A DNA stretch of 64,000 bases from Candidatus Multivorans sp. (GTDB lineage: Bacteria > Acidobacteriota > Thermoanaerobaculia > Multivoradales > Multivoraceae). A program made the translations under genes and the position numbers. The notes below the pieces were generated by a model, which worked only from the letters and a program-made list of their open reading frames with translations, did not search any database and was not told the DNA's origin. Location: contig OZ245033.1 in NCBI GenBank assembly GCA_965224025.1, positions 640,001 to 704,000 on the forward strand. Direction: 5' to 3'. Shown piece by piece: positions 28,771-39,020 of the stretch. The stretch's first letter is position 1; every line of letters starts with the position of its first letter.

Positions 28771-30035
28771 CCGGCGGCCGCCGACTCCGCCCGCATCACG
28801 TCGTCGTAGTAGTCGATCACGCGGCGCACGTAGGCGCGCTTGTCGAGGTAGCCGCCGGGGTAGAAGCTGCGCTTGAAGCCGTAGATGATCACGTTGCGGA
28901 GGTCGTCCTGGGACAGGTTGAAGGCGTCGCAGGCGGAGGCGATCTCCTTGGTTACCGTGGTGCGTGACATGAGTCGGTTGTCGGTGCAGAGAGTCACCGA
29001 GAGGCGGTCCGCGATCATGCGGCCGAAGGGGTGGTCGGCGAACTTTCGCAGGTTCTGGATGCTCTGCAGGTTCGAGGTAATGCAGACCTCGAGGGTGATG
29101 CGGCGGTCGCTGATGTACTGCGTCAGGCTGCGGATGTAGCGCTCGGGATCCTTTGCCGCGGTCGAGTTCGGGTTGTCGTGGCGTAGCCGGTCCGCGGCGT
29201 AGAGATGCGTACCGTGTCCGATCCGGTCGGCGCCGAGCAGTGTGATGGCCTGGTAGATGCTCTCCGGCCCGTAGGCCTCGCCGGCGTGGACGGTCTTCAT
29301 CAGGAAGTTCTGCTGCGCGAACAGGTAGGCGTCGCGATGCAGCGAAGCCGGATTGCCGGCCTCGGCGCCGGCCAGGTCGAAAGCCACGATGGGCAGGCCG
29401 AGACGGTCCCGCGCCTCGACCACGGCTCGGGCCAGGGACAGCGAGGCCGCGGCGTGGACCTCCGGCTGCGTGAATCCCTGGAGGGCCGAGTAGAGCCCGC
29501 GGTAGTAGGGGCTGTGGCTGGGCGCGAACATCCGCAGCGCGCAGGCGATGATGCCGTAGCGGAAGGGCGGTTGGGCGCCGCTCTTGACGCCGTCGGTTGC
29601 CTCATGTTCCTTCCGCACGCGGTCCAGACCGCGGTCCACGGCCGCCAGGACGCCTGCCGTGTCGAGGTCGGGGACGGTGTGCAGTTGGGGCGCCAGCCGG
29701 ACCTCGACGTAGCAGACGCCCTCGGCCAGGTTGTCGGCGCCGAGTTCGTAGGCCGCGCGTTCCAGCGCCTCCGCGGTGCATAGCGCCGGCGACGTGTACG
29801 AGAACGCGCGGAGGTAGTCCTCCAGGTCGTCGTAGGTCTCCTTGAAGACGAGTTCCAGCAGACCTTCCGGAGTCTGGGAAGGCAGTTCGAGCCGGGCGTC
29901 CCGGGCCAGCTCGATCAGGGTGTCGAGGCGCAACGAGCCGTCGAGATGAACGTGGAGGTCGGTCTTCGGCAGCTTGCCGATCAGGTCGGCGGCCGGGACG
30001 GGTTCCTTCGGGTCGGTATGATTCGCAGTCTGCAT
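28767..30035 (-). CDS. add: Adenosine deaminase family protein
   Basis: LPKTDLHVHLDGS, FDLAGAE, TVHAGE, RIGHG, EVCITSN, CTDN. Confidence 0.88.
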   Translation of the reverse strand: MQTANHTDPKEPVPAADLIGKLPKTDLHVHLDGSLRLDTLIELARDARLELPSQTPEGLLELVFKETYDDLEDYLRAFSYTSPALCTAEALERAAYELGADNLAEGVCYVEVRLAPQLHTVPDLDTAGVLAAVDRGLDRVRKEHEATDGVKSGAQPPFRYGIIACALRMFAPSHSPYYRGLYSALQGFTQPEVHAAASLSLARAVVEARDRLGLPIVAFDLAGAEAGNPASLHRDAYLFAQQNFLMKTVHAGEAYGPESIYQAITLLGADRIGHGTHLYAADRLRHDNPNSTAAKDPERYIRSLTQYISDRRITLEVCITSNLQSIQNLRKFADHPFGRMIADRLSVTLCTDNRLMSRTTVTKEIASACDAFNLSQDDLRNVIIYGFKRSFYPGGYLDKRAYVRRVIDYYDDVMRAESAAAG

Positions 30036-30211
30036 AGCGCAGTGTACAGGCACCTTGTGAATTGGCGACTTGCTGGGGAGCGAGACGATGAGGACGACCA
30101 GACGTTCCTTGCTGCGCGCCGAGTACCACAACGGCTGGCAGTTCCCGCAGTTGATGGGTGCCGAAGCGTCGGCCGGCTGAGTCGCCTTCGGGAAGCGCCA
30201 AACGCCGCTTG

Positions 30212-30244
30212 CCCTGGGAACGCGGGCATCCCTGCCCGCATCCG
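30212..30244. repeat. REP-like R1 copy (reverse orientation), intergenic
   Basis: Reverse complement of 51-82 with one extra base. Confidence 0.85.
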
Positions 30245-30289
30245 GACTCTGAGCCGCCTGGGATCCTGCGTTCGCCCTGAGACCTTGAC

Positions 30290-31201
30290 ATGATCTCCCT
30301 CGAAGACCGCCGGCTCGGCGCCACGACCATCCTTTTCGGCGCCGGCGGCGGCAAGTACCCCGACAACAACGCGTTGCTGGTGGAAGGCGCCGGGTCGACG
30401 ATGCTGATCGACCCGTCGCTCGGGGTTCGCGTCCGCGGCCGGAGCGCCCTGCCCACCGTGGATCTGGTTCTGCTCAGTCACTGCCACGAGGATCACACCG
30501 CGGCGCTGCCGCTGTTTCGGGACGCGCCGGTCCACGTCCACGAGGAGGATATGTGCGGCCTCCTCGACTTCGACGGCTTTCTGGACATCTTCGGCGTCGA
30601 ACCGGAGAGTCGCGAGGAGTACGGGCGCTACCTGCAGACCACGTTCTTCTACGAGCCCCGGCCGGACGCCGTCCCGTTTCGCGACGGCGACCTGTTCGAC
30701 CTCGGCGGCGGCGTGTCGGTGCGCGTGATCCACACGCCCGGCCATACCCGGGGCCACTGCTGCTTCCTGATCGAGCCCGACGACGTTCTGTTCCTGGGGG
30801 ATATAGACCTCACCGGCTTCGGCCCCTACTACGGCGACGCCTGGTCCGACCTCGAAGCCTTCGAACGGTCGCTCGAACAGGTGCGCGGCATCGAAGCGGC
30901 GCACTATGTCACCGGCCACCACATCGGTTTACTCGACGACCGGGCCGCCTACCTGGGCCGCCTCGACCGCTGCATCGGGCGGATTGCCGATCGCGAGGGG
31001 CGCCTGGTCGAGTACCTGCGGGCGCCGCGGACGATGGACGACATCGTCGCTCACCGCTTCGTCTACCGGCCGCACGATCAGGGCGCGGGCATCCCGAAGG
31101 CCGAACGGCGCAGTGCGCAGCTCCACCTCGACCGTCTCGAGCGCGCCGGCCGGGTCGAGCGCAGGGGCGAGGCGTACCGGGCGCTCCACCAACATCCTTG
31201 A
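30290..31201 (+). CDS. MBL-fold metallo-hydrolase
   Basis: SHCHEDH, HTPGHTRGH, GD, TGH. Confidence 0.9.
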   Translation: MISLEDRRLGATTILFGAGGGKYPDNNALLVEGAGSTMLIDPSLGVRVRGRSALPTVDLVLLSHCHEDHTAALPLFRDAPVHVHEEDMCGLLDFDGFLDIFGVEPESREEYGRYLQTTFFYEPRPDAVPFRDGDLFDLGGGVSVRVIHTPGHTRGHCCFLIEPDDVLFLGDIDLTGFGPYYGDAWSDLEAFERSLEQVRGIEAAHYVTGHHIGLLDDRAAYLGRLDRCIGRIADREGRLVEYLRAPRTMDDIVAHRFVYRPHDQGAGIPKAERRSAQLHLDRLERAGRVERRGEAYRALHQHP

Positions 31202-31232
31202 TCAGGGAACGGAGTCGATGAGGAGGCCACGC

Positions 31233-31865
31233 ATGACGCTGAGTACGAGTCTCTTGGGCTCGGAACGCGTAGCGCGCCTCGGTGCAACCCTGATCGGTGT
31301 GACCCTGATCCGTGTGATGCTGATCGCCGGACCTCTGGCGGCAGCGCCTCCGGCTGAAGCCGAGCCGGTTGCCGAACAACTCCTCGATCCGGACGACATC
31401 TACCCGGTGACTTCGGACCAGTTCCAGGCCATCCTGGATCATCATCGGGGCAAGGTGGTCATGGTCAACATCTGGGCGACCTGGTGCAAACCCTGCCTGA
31501 ACGAACTGCCGGCCCTGAACGATCTGCAGAAGAACTACAGCCCGCGGGGTCTGGAGGTGCTCGCGGTCTCCGTGGACGATCCCAGGAAGATGAAGAAGAT
31601 CCGCGAGTACTTCAAGGAGCGCGCCCCCGATCTGACGTCCTACGTGGCAGTCGGCCCGCCGCCCGAGCGGGGGCGAAAGGGGAAGAAGCAGCGGTGGGAG
31701 GACTCGAGGAAGTTCATCCGCGCCTTCTATCAGGACTGGCCGTCCAAGTTTCCGACCACGCTGATCTTTGATGCAGAGGGGAAGCTCAAGGAGACCGTGA
31801 TCGGCTCGCGGAGTCACTTCCAGTTCGCAGTGTTGCTGCAAGGCGTGTGGGAAGACGGCGCCTGA
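31233..31865 (+). CDS. TlpA-like thiol:disulfide oxidoreductase
   Basis: GKVVMVNIWATWCKPCLNELP; cis-Pro FPTT; AGGAGG RBS. Confidence 0.88.
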   Translation: MTLSTSLLGSERVARLGATLIGVTLIRVMLIAGPLAAAPPAEAEPVAEQLLDPDDIYPVTSDQFQAILDHHRGKVVMVNIWATWCKPCLNELPALNDLQKNYSPRGLEVLAVSVDDPRKMKKIREYFKERAPDLTSYVAVGPPPERGRKGKKQRWEDSRKFIRAFYQDWPSKFPTTLIFDAEGKLKETVIGSRSHFQFAVLLQGVWEDGA

Positions 31866-31959
31866 CGAAACGTCGCATCGGGGTCTATACTGCTGATCGC
31901 GTCAGGTTTCCTGCCGGCCGTTCCGGGCGCCGATCGTCCCATCAGGTAGGAGGTTTGGA

Positions 31960-32526
31960 TTGACCCTCAAGACACTGGCCCCGTTCTTGGTCCGGGCTTC
32001 GGCTCTGATTGCTGCCTTGCTTGTCGCCGCGTTGCCGTTGGCCGCCGAAGACGCGGAGTCGACGGAGCATTTGCTCGAGCCGGACACGATCCACCCGGCG
32101 ACTGCCGACCAGTTCCGCGTCGTGCTGGAGCACCACCGGGGCAAGGTGGTGATCGTCAACTACTGGGCCACCTGGTGCATCCCCTGCCTGCAGGAGCTGC
32201 CCGAGCTCGACCTGCTGCAGGAGCGCTACGGTGAGCGCGGTCTGGTGGTGATCGCCGTCTCGATGGACGATCCGGACAAGCTCGAGGACCGCGTGCGGCC
32301 GTTCTTCGCCAAGCGGGCGCCGGGCCTTGTCTCCTATCTGGCCACAGCCGGCGACAACTCGATGGACTTCGTGACCTCGTTCGATCCCGAGTGGCCCGGG
32401 GCGCTGCCGACAACCATGTTCTTCGACCGGAGCGGAGAACTGAAGAACGTTCATCTCGGACGGATGCTGTACGCGGAGTTCGAGGAGGCCGTACTCGAGT
32501 TGCTCGATGCCGACGGGGGATCCTGA
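31960..32526 (+). CDS. TlpA-like thiol:disulfide oxidoreductase (paralog)
   Basis: TTG start after AGGAGG; NYWATWCIPCLQELP; LPTT. Confidence 0.9.
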   Translation: MTLKTLAPFLVRASALIAALLVAALPLAAEDAESTEHLLEPDTIHPATADQFRVVLEHHRGKVVIVNYWATWCIPCLQELPELDLLQERYGERGLVVIAVSMDDPDKLEDRVRPFFAKRAPGLVSYLATAGDNSMDFVTSFDPEWPGALPTTMFFDRSGELKNVHLGRMLYAEFEEAVLELLDADGGS

Positions 32527-32607
32527 CCCAGAGCCCGGAAGTTGCCGGTTGCTTCCCGGTGTTGTCGGTTCTTGACGCCGAGACAGTGGCGCTTAGGAGG
32601 GACCCGA

Positions 32608-33720
32608 ATGTCAGACTCGGTCTTCGAGCACTTCGACTTCGCCGACGAGTACGGGCCGGAGAAGGTCGTCACCGTCCATGAACCCCGCTGCGGCCTGCAA
32701 GGGATCGTGGTGATCGACAACAGCGCCGCCGGACCCACGATGGGCGGCATCCGCATGGCGCCGGACGTCACCGTAGAGGAGGTATGCCGGCTGGCGCGGG
32801 CCATGACCTGGAAGAACGCGATGGCCCGCCTGCGTCACGGCGGCGGCAAGGCGGGCATCCGCGCCGATCCGCGTACGCCGAACCGGGAGGCCCTGGTGCG
32901 GCAGTTCGGCCGCGCGATCCGGCGGTTGGCCGACTACATCCCGGCCCCGGACATGGGCACCGACGAGACCGCGATGGCCTGGATTCGAGACGAGGGCGGC
33001 CGCTCGGTCGGCCTGTCCAAGGCGCTGGGCGGGATTCCTCTCGACGAGGTGGGTTCCACCGGTTACGGCCTCGCCATCGCCGCCGAGGTGGCCGAGGAGG
33101 CGGGCGTTGTGAGACTCGAAGGCGCCACGGTCGGGGTCCAGGGTTTCGGCAACGTCGGTCGGCCGGCGGCCCGCTTCCTGGCCGAGCGGGGCGCGCGGCT
33201 CGTCGCGGTCACCGATCTCGACGGCACGATCCATGACCCGGACGGCATCGACATCGACGAACTCGTGGCAACGATGGAGGCGGCCGGCGGCGTGACCGCT
33301 TACCCGCGCGGCCGCCGGGTGGAAGGCGACGCCTTCCTGGACCTGGAGGTCGACTTCTTCGTGCCGGCGGCGCGTCCGGATGTGATCGACAGCGGCAACG
33401 CCGGCCGCGTTGGCTGCAAGGTCGTGCTCCAGGGGGCGAACATCCCGGTCACGCCGGCCGGCGAGCGGATTCTTCACGACCGTGGCGTCCTCTCGATTCC
33501 CGACTTCGTCGCCAATGCCGGCGGCATCATCTGCGGCGCCGTCGAGTACGCGGGCGGTTCGGAGAGACAGGCGTTCGAGAGAATCGAGGACACGGTGCGC
33601 GAGAACACCCGCGAGGTGCTGGAACTGGCCCGGACCGAGGGATGCCTGCCGCGCGAGGCGGCGATGGGCCTGGCCCAGCGGCGCGTCGCGGAAGTGATGG
33701 CCTACCGGCGCGCCGACTGA
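32608..33720 (+). CDS. Glu/Leu/Phe/Val dehydrogenase
   Basis: GGIRM, LARAMTWK, GGGKAG, PAPDMGT, QGFGNVG, PDFVANAGG. Confidence 0.92.
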   Translation: MSDSVFEHFDFADEYGPEKVVTVHEPRCGLQGIVVIDNSAAGPTMGGIRMAPDVTVEEVCRLARAMTWKNAMARLRHGGGKAGIRADPRTPNREALVRQFGRAIRRLADYIPAPDMGTDETAMAWIRDEGGRSVGLSKALGGIPLDEVGSTGYGLAIAAEVAEEAGVVRLEGATVGVQGFGNVGRPAARFLAERGARLVAVTDLDGTIHDPDGIDIDELVATMEAAGGVTAYPRGRRVEGDAFLDLEVDFFVPAARPDVIDSGNAGRVGCKVVLQGANIPVTPAGERILHDRGVLSIPDFVANAGGIICGAVEYAGGSERQAFERIEDTVRENTREVLELARTEGCLPREAAMGLAQRRVAEVMAYRRAD

Positions 33721-33740
33721 AGCGCGGAACTCGAGAACGA

Positions 33741-34670
33741 ATGAGGCCCCACAACGCGCTCGCCGAAGCCGCCGTCGACCGGCGGTCGGAGCGCCGCGGC
33801 GACTCCGATTGGCTGGCGGGGCGCCTCGCCGACCCCGACAACCTGCTGACTGTCGTGTGGCGGGAGCGCAGCCTGGTCATCGACGCCCATGGCGATCGCG
33901 CGCCGGCGCCTGGGACGGTGCCCGTGACCGCGGCGCCGGCGCTGGTCGAGCAGACGGAGGAACTCGTCTACCTGGGCGACGCGGGCGGGCGGAGTTACTT
34001 CTCGATCGACCTCTCCGATCGGGACGATCCGCTTTCGGGCGCGTTGCGCGGCGCTGGTCGGCTGGTCGAGCTGCGCCAGGTCGGCGCCGCGATGAGCGGT
34101 ACGGACGGCAACCTGCTCGCCTACGCGCGCGCGATGGCGACCTGGCACCGGCGCCACCGCTTCTGCGGCCGATGCGGCGCCTCGACCTCAAGCCGGAACG
34201 CCGGCCACTTGCGGATATGCACCGGCTGCGGCGCCGAGCACTTTCCGCGCACGGACCCCGCGGTGATCATGCTGGTTAGTACGTCGAGCGGCGGCGACGA
34301 CTCCTGCCTGCTCGGACGCCAGACCGCCTGGCCGCCCGGGATGTTCTCGGCCCTGGCCGGCTTCGTCGAACCGGGTGAGAGCCTGGAGAGCGCCGTGGCG
34401 CGCGAGGTCCAGGAGGAGACCGGCATCGCCGTCGACACCGTGGAGTACCACTCCTCCCAGCCGTGGCCCTTCCCGACCTCGATCATGCTCGGCTTCTACG
34501 CCACGTCCCCGGGCGGCGACGTGCGGGTGGACACCGAGGAACTCGAGCACGCGGTCTGGGTGCGCCGCTCCGACCTCGAGTACGCGCTTAGAGCCCGCGA
34601 AGTACGGTTGCCGCCGCCCTTCTCGATTGCCCGCCGGCTGATCGACGACTGGCTGCGCCGAGAGACGTAG
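33741..34670 (+). CDS. nudC: NADH pyrophosphatase NudC
   Basis: FCGRCG zinc ribbon, FPRTDPAVI, Nudix box GFVEPGESLE..VAREVQEETG, SQPWPFP. Confidence 0.93.
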   Translation: MRPHNALAEAAVDRRSERRGDSDWLAGRLADPDNLLTVVWRERSLVIDAHGDRAPAPGTVPVTAAPALVEQTEELVYLGDAGGRSYFSIDLSDRDDPLSGALRGAGRLVELRQVGAAMSGTDGNLLAYARAMATWHRRHRFCGRCGASTSSRNAGHLRICTGCGAEHFPRTDPAVIMLVSTSSGGDDSCLLGRQTAWPPGMFSALAGFVEPGESLESAVAREVQEETGIAVDTVEYHSSQPWPFPTSIMLGFYATSPGGDVRVDTEELEHAVWVRRSDLEYALRAREVRLPPPFSIARRLIDDWLRRET

Positions 34671-34671
34671 C

Positions 34672-34703
34672 CCCTGGCAACGCGGGCGTTTCGCCCGCAT
34701 CCG
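34672..34703. repeat. REP-like R1 variant
   Basis: ccctggcaacgcgggcgtttcgcccgcatccg: same stem, different loop. Confidence 0.75.
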
Positions 34704-34763
34704 GGCCATCCCGGGAACGCGGCGAGCCCGTTTCATGCGCTGCTGGCGTAGCATTGTCCTTCC

Positions 34764-35810
34764 ATGGCCCTCGACTCCACGAACGGCGCCGCCGGCAGCC
34801 AGCCGATCGACCGCCTGGGACGGCCGATCCGCGATCTGCGCATCTCGGTCATCGACCGTTGCAACTTCCGCTGCACCTTCTGCATGCCGGCGGACCGGGA
34901 GTACCGGTTCCTGCCCCGGCAGCAGTTGTTGACGTTCGAGGAGATCGAACGCCTGGTGCGGCTGTTCGTCGAACTCGGCGTCCGCAAGCTGCGCCTGACC
35001 GGCGGTGAACCCCTGTTGCGGCGGGACATCGAGGAACTCGTCCGGATTCTGGCCGACGTGCCCGGAATCGAGGGCTTGGCGCTGACCACGAACGGCGCTC
35101 TGCTCGGCGCCAAGGCGCAGGCGCTCGCCGAGGCCGGGCTCGACCGGGTCACGGTCAGCGTCGAGTCCCTGCAGGACGACGTCTTCGGCCGCGTCAACGG
35201 TCTAGGGCACGGCGTGCAGCAAGTGCTCGACGGTATCGACGCCGCGGCCGACGCCGGTCTCGGCCCGATCAAGATCAACGCGGTGGTCATGAAGGGCACC
35301 AACGAGGACGAGGTCGCCGACATCGCCGGCTACTTCAAGGAGCGCGGCCACATCGTCCGCTTCATCGAGTTCATGGATGTCGGCACGGTCAACGACTGGA
35401 GCCTCGACCGGGTGGTTTCGGCCGCCGAAATCACCGACCGGATCGCCAAACGCTGGCCCTTCGAACCGCTCGACCGCGCCCAACCGAGCGACGTCGCCGA
35501 GCGCTTCCGCTACCTCGACGACGGCGTCGAGTTCGGCGTCATCTCCTCGATCTCCCGCCCCTTCTGCGGCGACTGCGCCCGCGCCCGCCTGTCGTCGGAC
35601 GGCCGCCTCTACACCTGCCTGTTCGCCGACACCGGCCCCTCGATCCGCGATCGCCTACGCGCCGGCGTGACGGATGAAGAGCTGCTCGCCTTCCTGGCGG
35701 AGCACTGGGGCCAGCGGGAAGATCAGTACTCCGAGATCCGCGCCGAGCGGCTTCGCGCCGGCCTGCAGCCGGCGCCCGAGCGGGTCGAGATGTTCCGCAT
35801 CGGCGGCTGA
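34764..35810 (+). CDS. moaA: GTP 3',8-cyclase MoaA
   Basis: LRISVIDRCNFRCTFCM, RLTGGEP, FIEFM, FCGDCARARL...YTCLF, C-terminal IGG. Confidence 0.96.
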   Translation: MALDSTNGAAGSQPIDRLGRPIRDLRISVIDRCNFRCTFCMPADREYRFLPRQQLLTFEEIERLVRLFVELGVRKLRLTGGEPLLRRDIEELVRILADVPGIEGLALTTNGALLGAKAQALAEAGLDRVTVSVESLQDDVFGRVNGLGHGVQQVLDGIDAAADAGLGPIKINAVVMKGTNEDEVADIAGYFKERGHIVRFIEFMDVGTVNDWSLDRVVSAAEITDRIAKRWPFEPLDRAQPSDVAERFRYLDDGVEFGVISSISRPFCGDCARARLSSDGRLYTCLFADTGPSIRDRLRAGVTDEELLAFLAEHWGQREDQYSEIRAERLRAGLQPAPERVEMFRIGG

Positions 35811-35849
35811 GTCGGCTGCGGCACGGCGCCGCGTGGCTGCTGCGCGGCG

Positions 35850-35958
35850 TGGCGGTTGGTCGTCGGTTCATGAGAGGTCGTTGGCCGTCGCTTGCCGACA
35901 GCCTCGTTGGGACCCTCCCCTCCGACCCCTGGGGCAGGCTGGACGGCGTCGGGCTTCC
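35850..35958 (-). repeat. Partial R2 repeat copy, reverse orientation
   Basis: Reverse complement reads aagcccgacgccgtccagcctgcc...gcgacggcc...accgacgaccaacc, matching 39557-39640. Confidence 0.7.
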
Positions 35959-36074
35959 ATGGCCTCGTCAGCCGGCGGTCCGACAGACTCCTCAGCAGGA
36001 CTGACTCGAGTGCTTGCCCAGTGGTCTTCCCTCCGTCTTCGGCACTGAAGTAGCCAGGAAAGAGGAACGCCCCC

Positions 36075-36571
36075 ATGTCTGATCTCGACAGTCTGCTGAG
36101 CGACGATCGCCGCGCGCGACTGCTTCCGACTCCCGGATCGAAGAGTGAGCGAGCGTTTACTTCCATTCTGCTTGCGACGATGACAGTCGTGCGTCCGTTC
36201 GCTCGCCAACTGTTGAAGAGTTGGGGCGTGTCGATGCACAAGACCTCGGACTTGCGTGCGTACACGGAGGTCGGGTTTGAAGTGACTGGGCGGCGTAATA
36301 GTGTTCGCCCTGATGGCGTTCTGGTTCTATCCACACGCAAGCGCCGGTGGACTGCTCTCGTCGAAGCGAAGGTCGGCGGGCGATCGTCAGGGATGTTGCG
36401 GGTCGGTTTTCGAAGAGACGGGTGTTTGTACAGGGTTTGGAGAAACTGATTCCGACGTTCTACGACCAGGTCGGCCAGCGACTTCGGTCCTGGAGGCCGC
36501 CGCCTCCGAGGATAGATCCGAGCGGTGCAGTGGCCGGAGCGGCAGTAGCTGAGGCACCTGAACAGGTTTGA
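36075..36571 (+). pseudogene. Internally deleted PD-(D/E)XK-like protein (N-terminal part plus out-of-frame C-terminal tip)
   Basis: RARLLPT...YTEVGF...RPDGVL...WTALVEAKVG stops abruptly. A second frame gives FYDQVGQRLRSWRPPPPRI. Lower GC. Confidence 0.55.
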
Positions 36572-36707
36572 GGCTGAGCGGCGCTCTTGGCAGTGGTAGG
36601 TAGAGCGGGTTCAGAGGCACGTTTGGTCGTCGTGGGCGGACGGTCGTTCGAGCACGAGACCGCTACCATGTCGCCGACTGGCTGGTCCGGACGGACTGCG
36701 AGGCTAG

Positions 36708-38675
36708 TCCGAAGTTCTGAGCGTTCCGGGGTCTCGGGCGGTGCGTCGGGCCTTGTCCCAGTTGGGTTTCTGGGCGGCGGGCACCGTTTTCTTCCTGGCA
36801 AGTGTAGCCATGTATCTGGGTAAGTGGCGATAGACATACGGTTGTTGTCGGCTACAATCAGAAGCCATGTACATCGAAAGCGTACCCAACCGCAACTCGC
36901 CGCCCGCCGTCCTCCTGCGAGAGTCCTACCGACAGGACGGAAAGGTCAAGAAACGCACCCTCGCAAACCTCTCCAAGTGGCCCGATCAACTCGTCGAAGG
37001 ACTCAGAACTCTGCTCAAGGGAGGCATAGCCCTCCCCTCCCTCGACGACGCCTTCCAGATCGTGCGGGCCAAGCCCCACGGACACGTCGCCGCCGTCCTC
37101 GGCACAATCAGAAAACTCGGCCTCGAACGACTGCTCGACCGCAGACCCTCGCCGCAGCGGGCGCTCGTCGTCGCCATGATCGCCGCGCGCATCCTCGAAC
37201 CGCGGTCCAAGCTCGCCACCGCCCGAGGACTCGCCAGCGAAACCGCCAACCACACCCTCGCCGAGGAACTCGGCGTCGAAGACCCCTCCGACGACGACCT
37301 CTACGACGCCATGGACTGGCTGCTCTTTCGCCAGCCGAAGATCGAACGCGGCCTCGCCAAGCGGCATCTCGAAGACAGCTCGCTCGTCCTCTGCGACCTG
37401 ACCTCGGTCTACCTCGAAGGCAGAGAGAGCCCGCTGGCCAGACACGGCTACTCCAGGGACAAGAAGCGGGGCAAGCTCCAGATCGTCTTCGCCCTGCTCT
37501 GCAACCGGGAGGGATGCCCGGTGGCCATCGAGGTCTTCGAGGGCAACACCGCCGATCCAGGCGCGCTGAGCAGCCAGGTGCACAAGCTCCGCGACCGCTT
37601 CTCGCTGGATCGGGTCATCGTCGTCGGCGACCGCGGACTGATCACCAACGCCCGCATCGAGGAGGACCTCGAACCCGCCGGCCTGTCCTGGATCAGCGCG
37701 CTGCGCGCGCCTCAGATCCGCACCCTGGCCGAGCAGGGCCGCCTGCAACTGTCGCTCTTCGACCAGCGGGACATGGCGGAGATCAGCGTCCCGGAGCTGT
37801 ACCCCAAGGAACGCCTGATCGTGTGCCGGAACCCGCTTCTGGCGGCCGAGCGGCGCCGCAAGCGTCTGGACCTGCTCGACAGGACCGACGAACTCCTCGA
37901 AGCCGTCGAGAAGGCCACGAAGCGAAAGAACAGGCCGCTGCGCGGCAGCAAGGACATCGCTGTCAGAGCCGACCGCGCCCTGTGCAAGTACAAGGTCGGC
38001 AAGCACTACGACATCGAGGTCGCGGACGACGGCTTCAACTGGCGCCGCAACGAGGAGCGCATCGACGAGGAAGCGGCCCTCGACGGCCTCTGCGTTATCC
38101 GAACCAACGTCCCGGAGGCCGACCTGCCCGCCGACGAGACCGTCCGCTCCTACAAGAGTCTCAGCCGCGTCGAACGAGCCTTCCGCAGCCTAAAGAGCGT
38201 CGACCTCAAGGTGCGCCCCGTGCATCACCGGCTCGCCGGCCGCGTGCGCGCCCATGTCCTCCTCTGCGTCCTCGCCTACTACGTCGAGTGGTACATGCGA
38301 AGACGCCTCGCGCCCATCCTCTTCGACGACGACCGGAAGACCGACGACCGCGCGTCGCCCGTCCAGCCGGCGCGGAAATCGAACGCCGCCAAGGCCAAGG
38401 CCAACTCCGGCCGCACCGCCGACGGACTCCCCGTGCACAGCTTCCAGACACTTCTCGACGACCTCGCCACCCTGACCAGAAACCGCGTCAGGATGCCGGG
38501 CAGCGACGCGGCGACCGCCAACGTCCTCGCTCGGCCCACCCCGCTCCAGGACGAGGCCTTCAGACTCCTCGACGTACGACCCTGACAGGAGCGTACCCAG
38601 TACCGGACACAACCGAATCCACGACAAGCCCCGTACCTACAAGGGATTCCTCAGCTTGATGCTCAGAACTTCGGA
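36708..38675 (+). mobile_element. IS1634-family insertion sequence, copy 2, flanked by CTAG
   Basis: Perfect 15-bp TIR tccgaagttctgagc / gctcagaacttcgga; CTAG at 36704-36707 and 38676-38679. Confidence 0.92.
36867..38585 (+). CDS. IS1634-family DDE transposase (diverged paralog of 21898-23616)
   Basis: Same 572-aa length and motifs (CDLTSVYLEG, GDRG, VERAFR) with many substitutions. Confidence 0.92.
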   Translation: MYIESVPNRNSPPAVLLRESYRQDGKVKKRTLANLSKWPDQLVEGLRTLLKGGIALPSLDDAFQIVRAKPHGHVAAVLGTIRKLGLERLLDRRPSPQRALVVAMIAARILEPRSKLATARGLASETANHTLAEELGVEDPSDDDLYDAMDWLLFRQPKIERGLAKRHLEDSSLVLCDLTSVYLEGRESPLARHGYSRDKKRGKLQIVFALLCNREGCPVAIEVFEGNTADPGALSSQVHKLRDRFSLDRVIVVGDRGLITNARIEEDLEPAGLSWISALRAPQIRTLAEQGRLQLSLFDQRDMAEISVPELYPKERLIVCRNPLLAAERRRKRLDLLDRTDELLEAVEKATKRKNRPLRGSKDIAVRADRALCKYKVGKHYDIEVADDGFNWRRNEERIDEEAALDGLCVIRTNVPEADLPADETVRSYKSLSRVERAFRSLKSVDLKVRPVHHRLAGRVRAHVLLCVLAYYVEWYMRRRLAPILFDDDRKTDDRASPVQPARKSNAAKAKANSGRTADGLPVHSFQTLLDDLATLTRNRVRMPGSDAATANVLARPTPLQDEAFRLLDVRP

Positions 38676-38906
38676 CTAGTGAAGGAGGTCGCGAACGCCT
38701 GCATCACGAAGTCGCCTGGCAGTTGGAGCAGGTGAAAGGGAGATCCGAGGACTGAGAAGAATAGCGGTCAGCCGACGCGGCTAGGTCCAGTGCACTCCGC
38801 GCACCGTCAACCAGCCATCGGAAGGTACGCCTTCATGAAGTGCTCCACAATCTTCTCCCTTCTCCTCCTCTGCGCGCTACCGGCCGTCGCCGATCGGCGA
38901 GGGGAG

Positions 38907-39020
38907 TCACCCCAGCTTGGACAGCTTCAGGTGAGACCCGACTTGGCCGCTCTCGCGAAAGCCGAGCTCCTTGAATGCCGTGACCAGCTTTTTCGTACTA
39001 ACCGGCGAGAGCCTGGGCAT
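38907..39020 (-). pseudogene. hicA: Truncated HicA toxin
   Basis: MPRLSPVSTKKLVTAFKELGFRESGQVGSHLKLSKLG*: HicA N-terminus with GSH, premature TGA. Confidence 0.7.

Noticed and set aside
30088-30180. 30-codon ORF with a GGGGAG RBS between add and the MBL gene
   Set aside because: No recognisable motif; cannot be distinguished from chance.
38907-38909. TGA in hicA' (and in IS3 orfA at 5221) as a selenocysteine codon, given selA
   Set aside because: The positions do not correspond to Cys. The hicA frame ends 9 codons later, and the IS3 site is best read as a mutated Trp codon.
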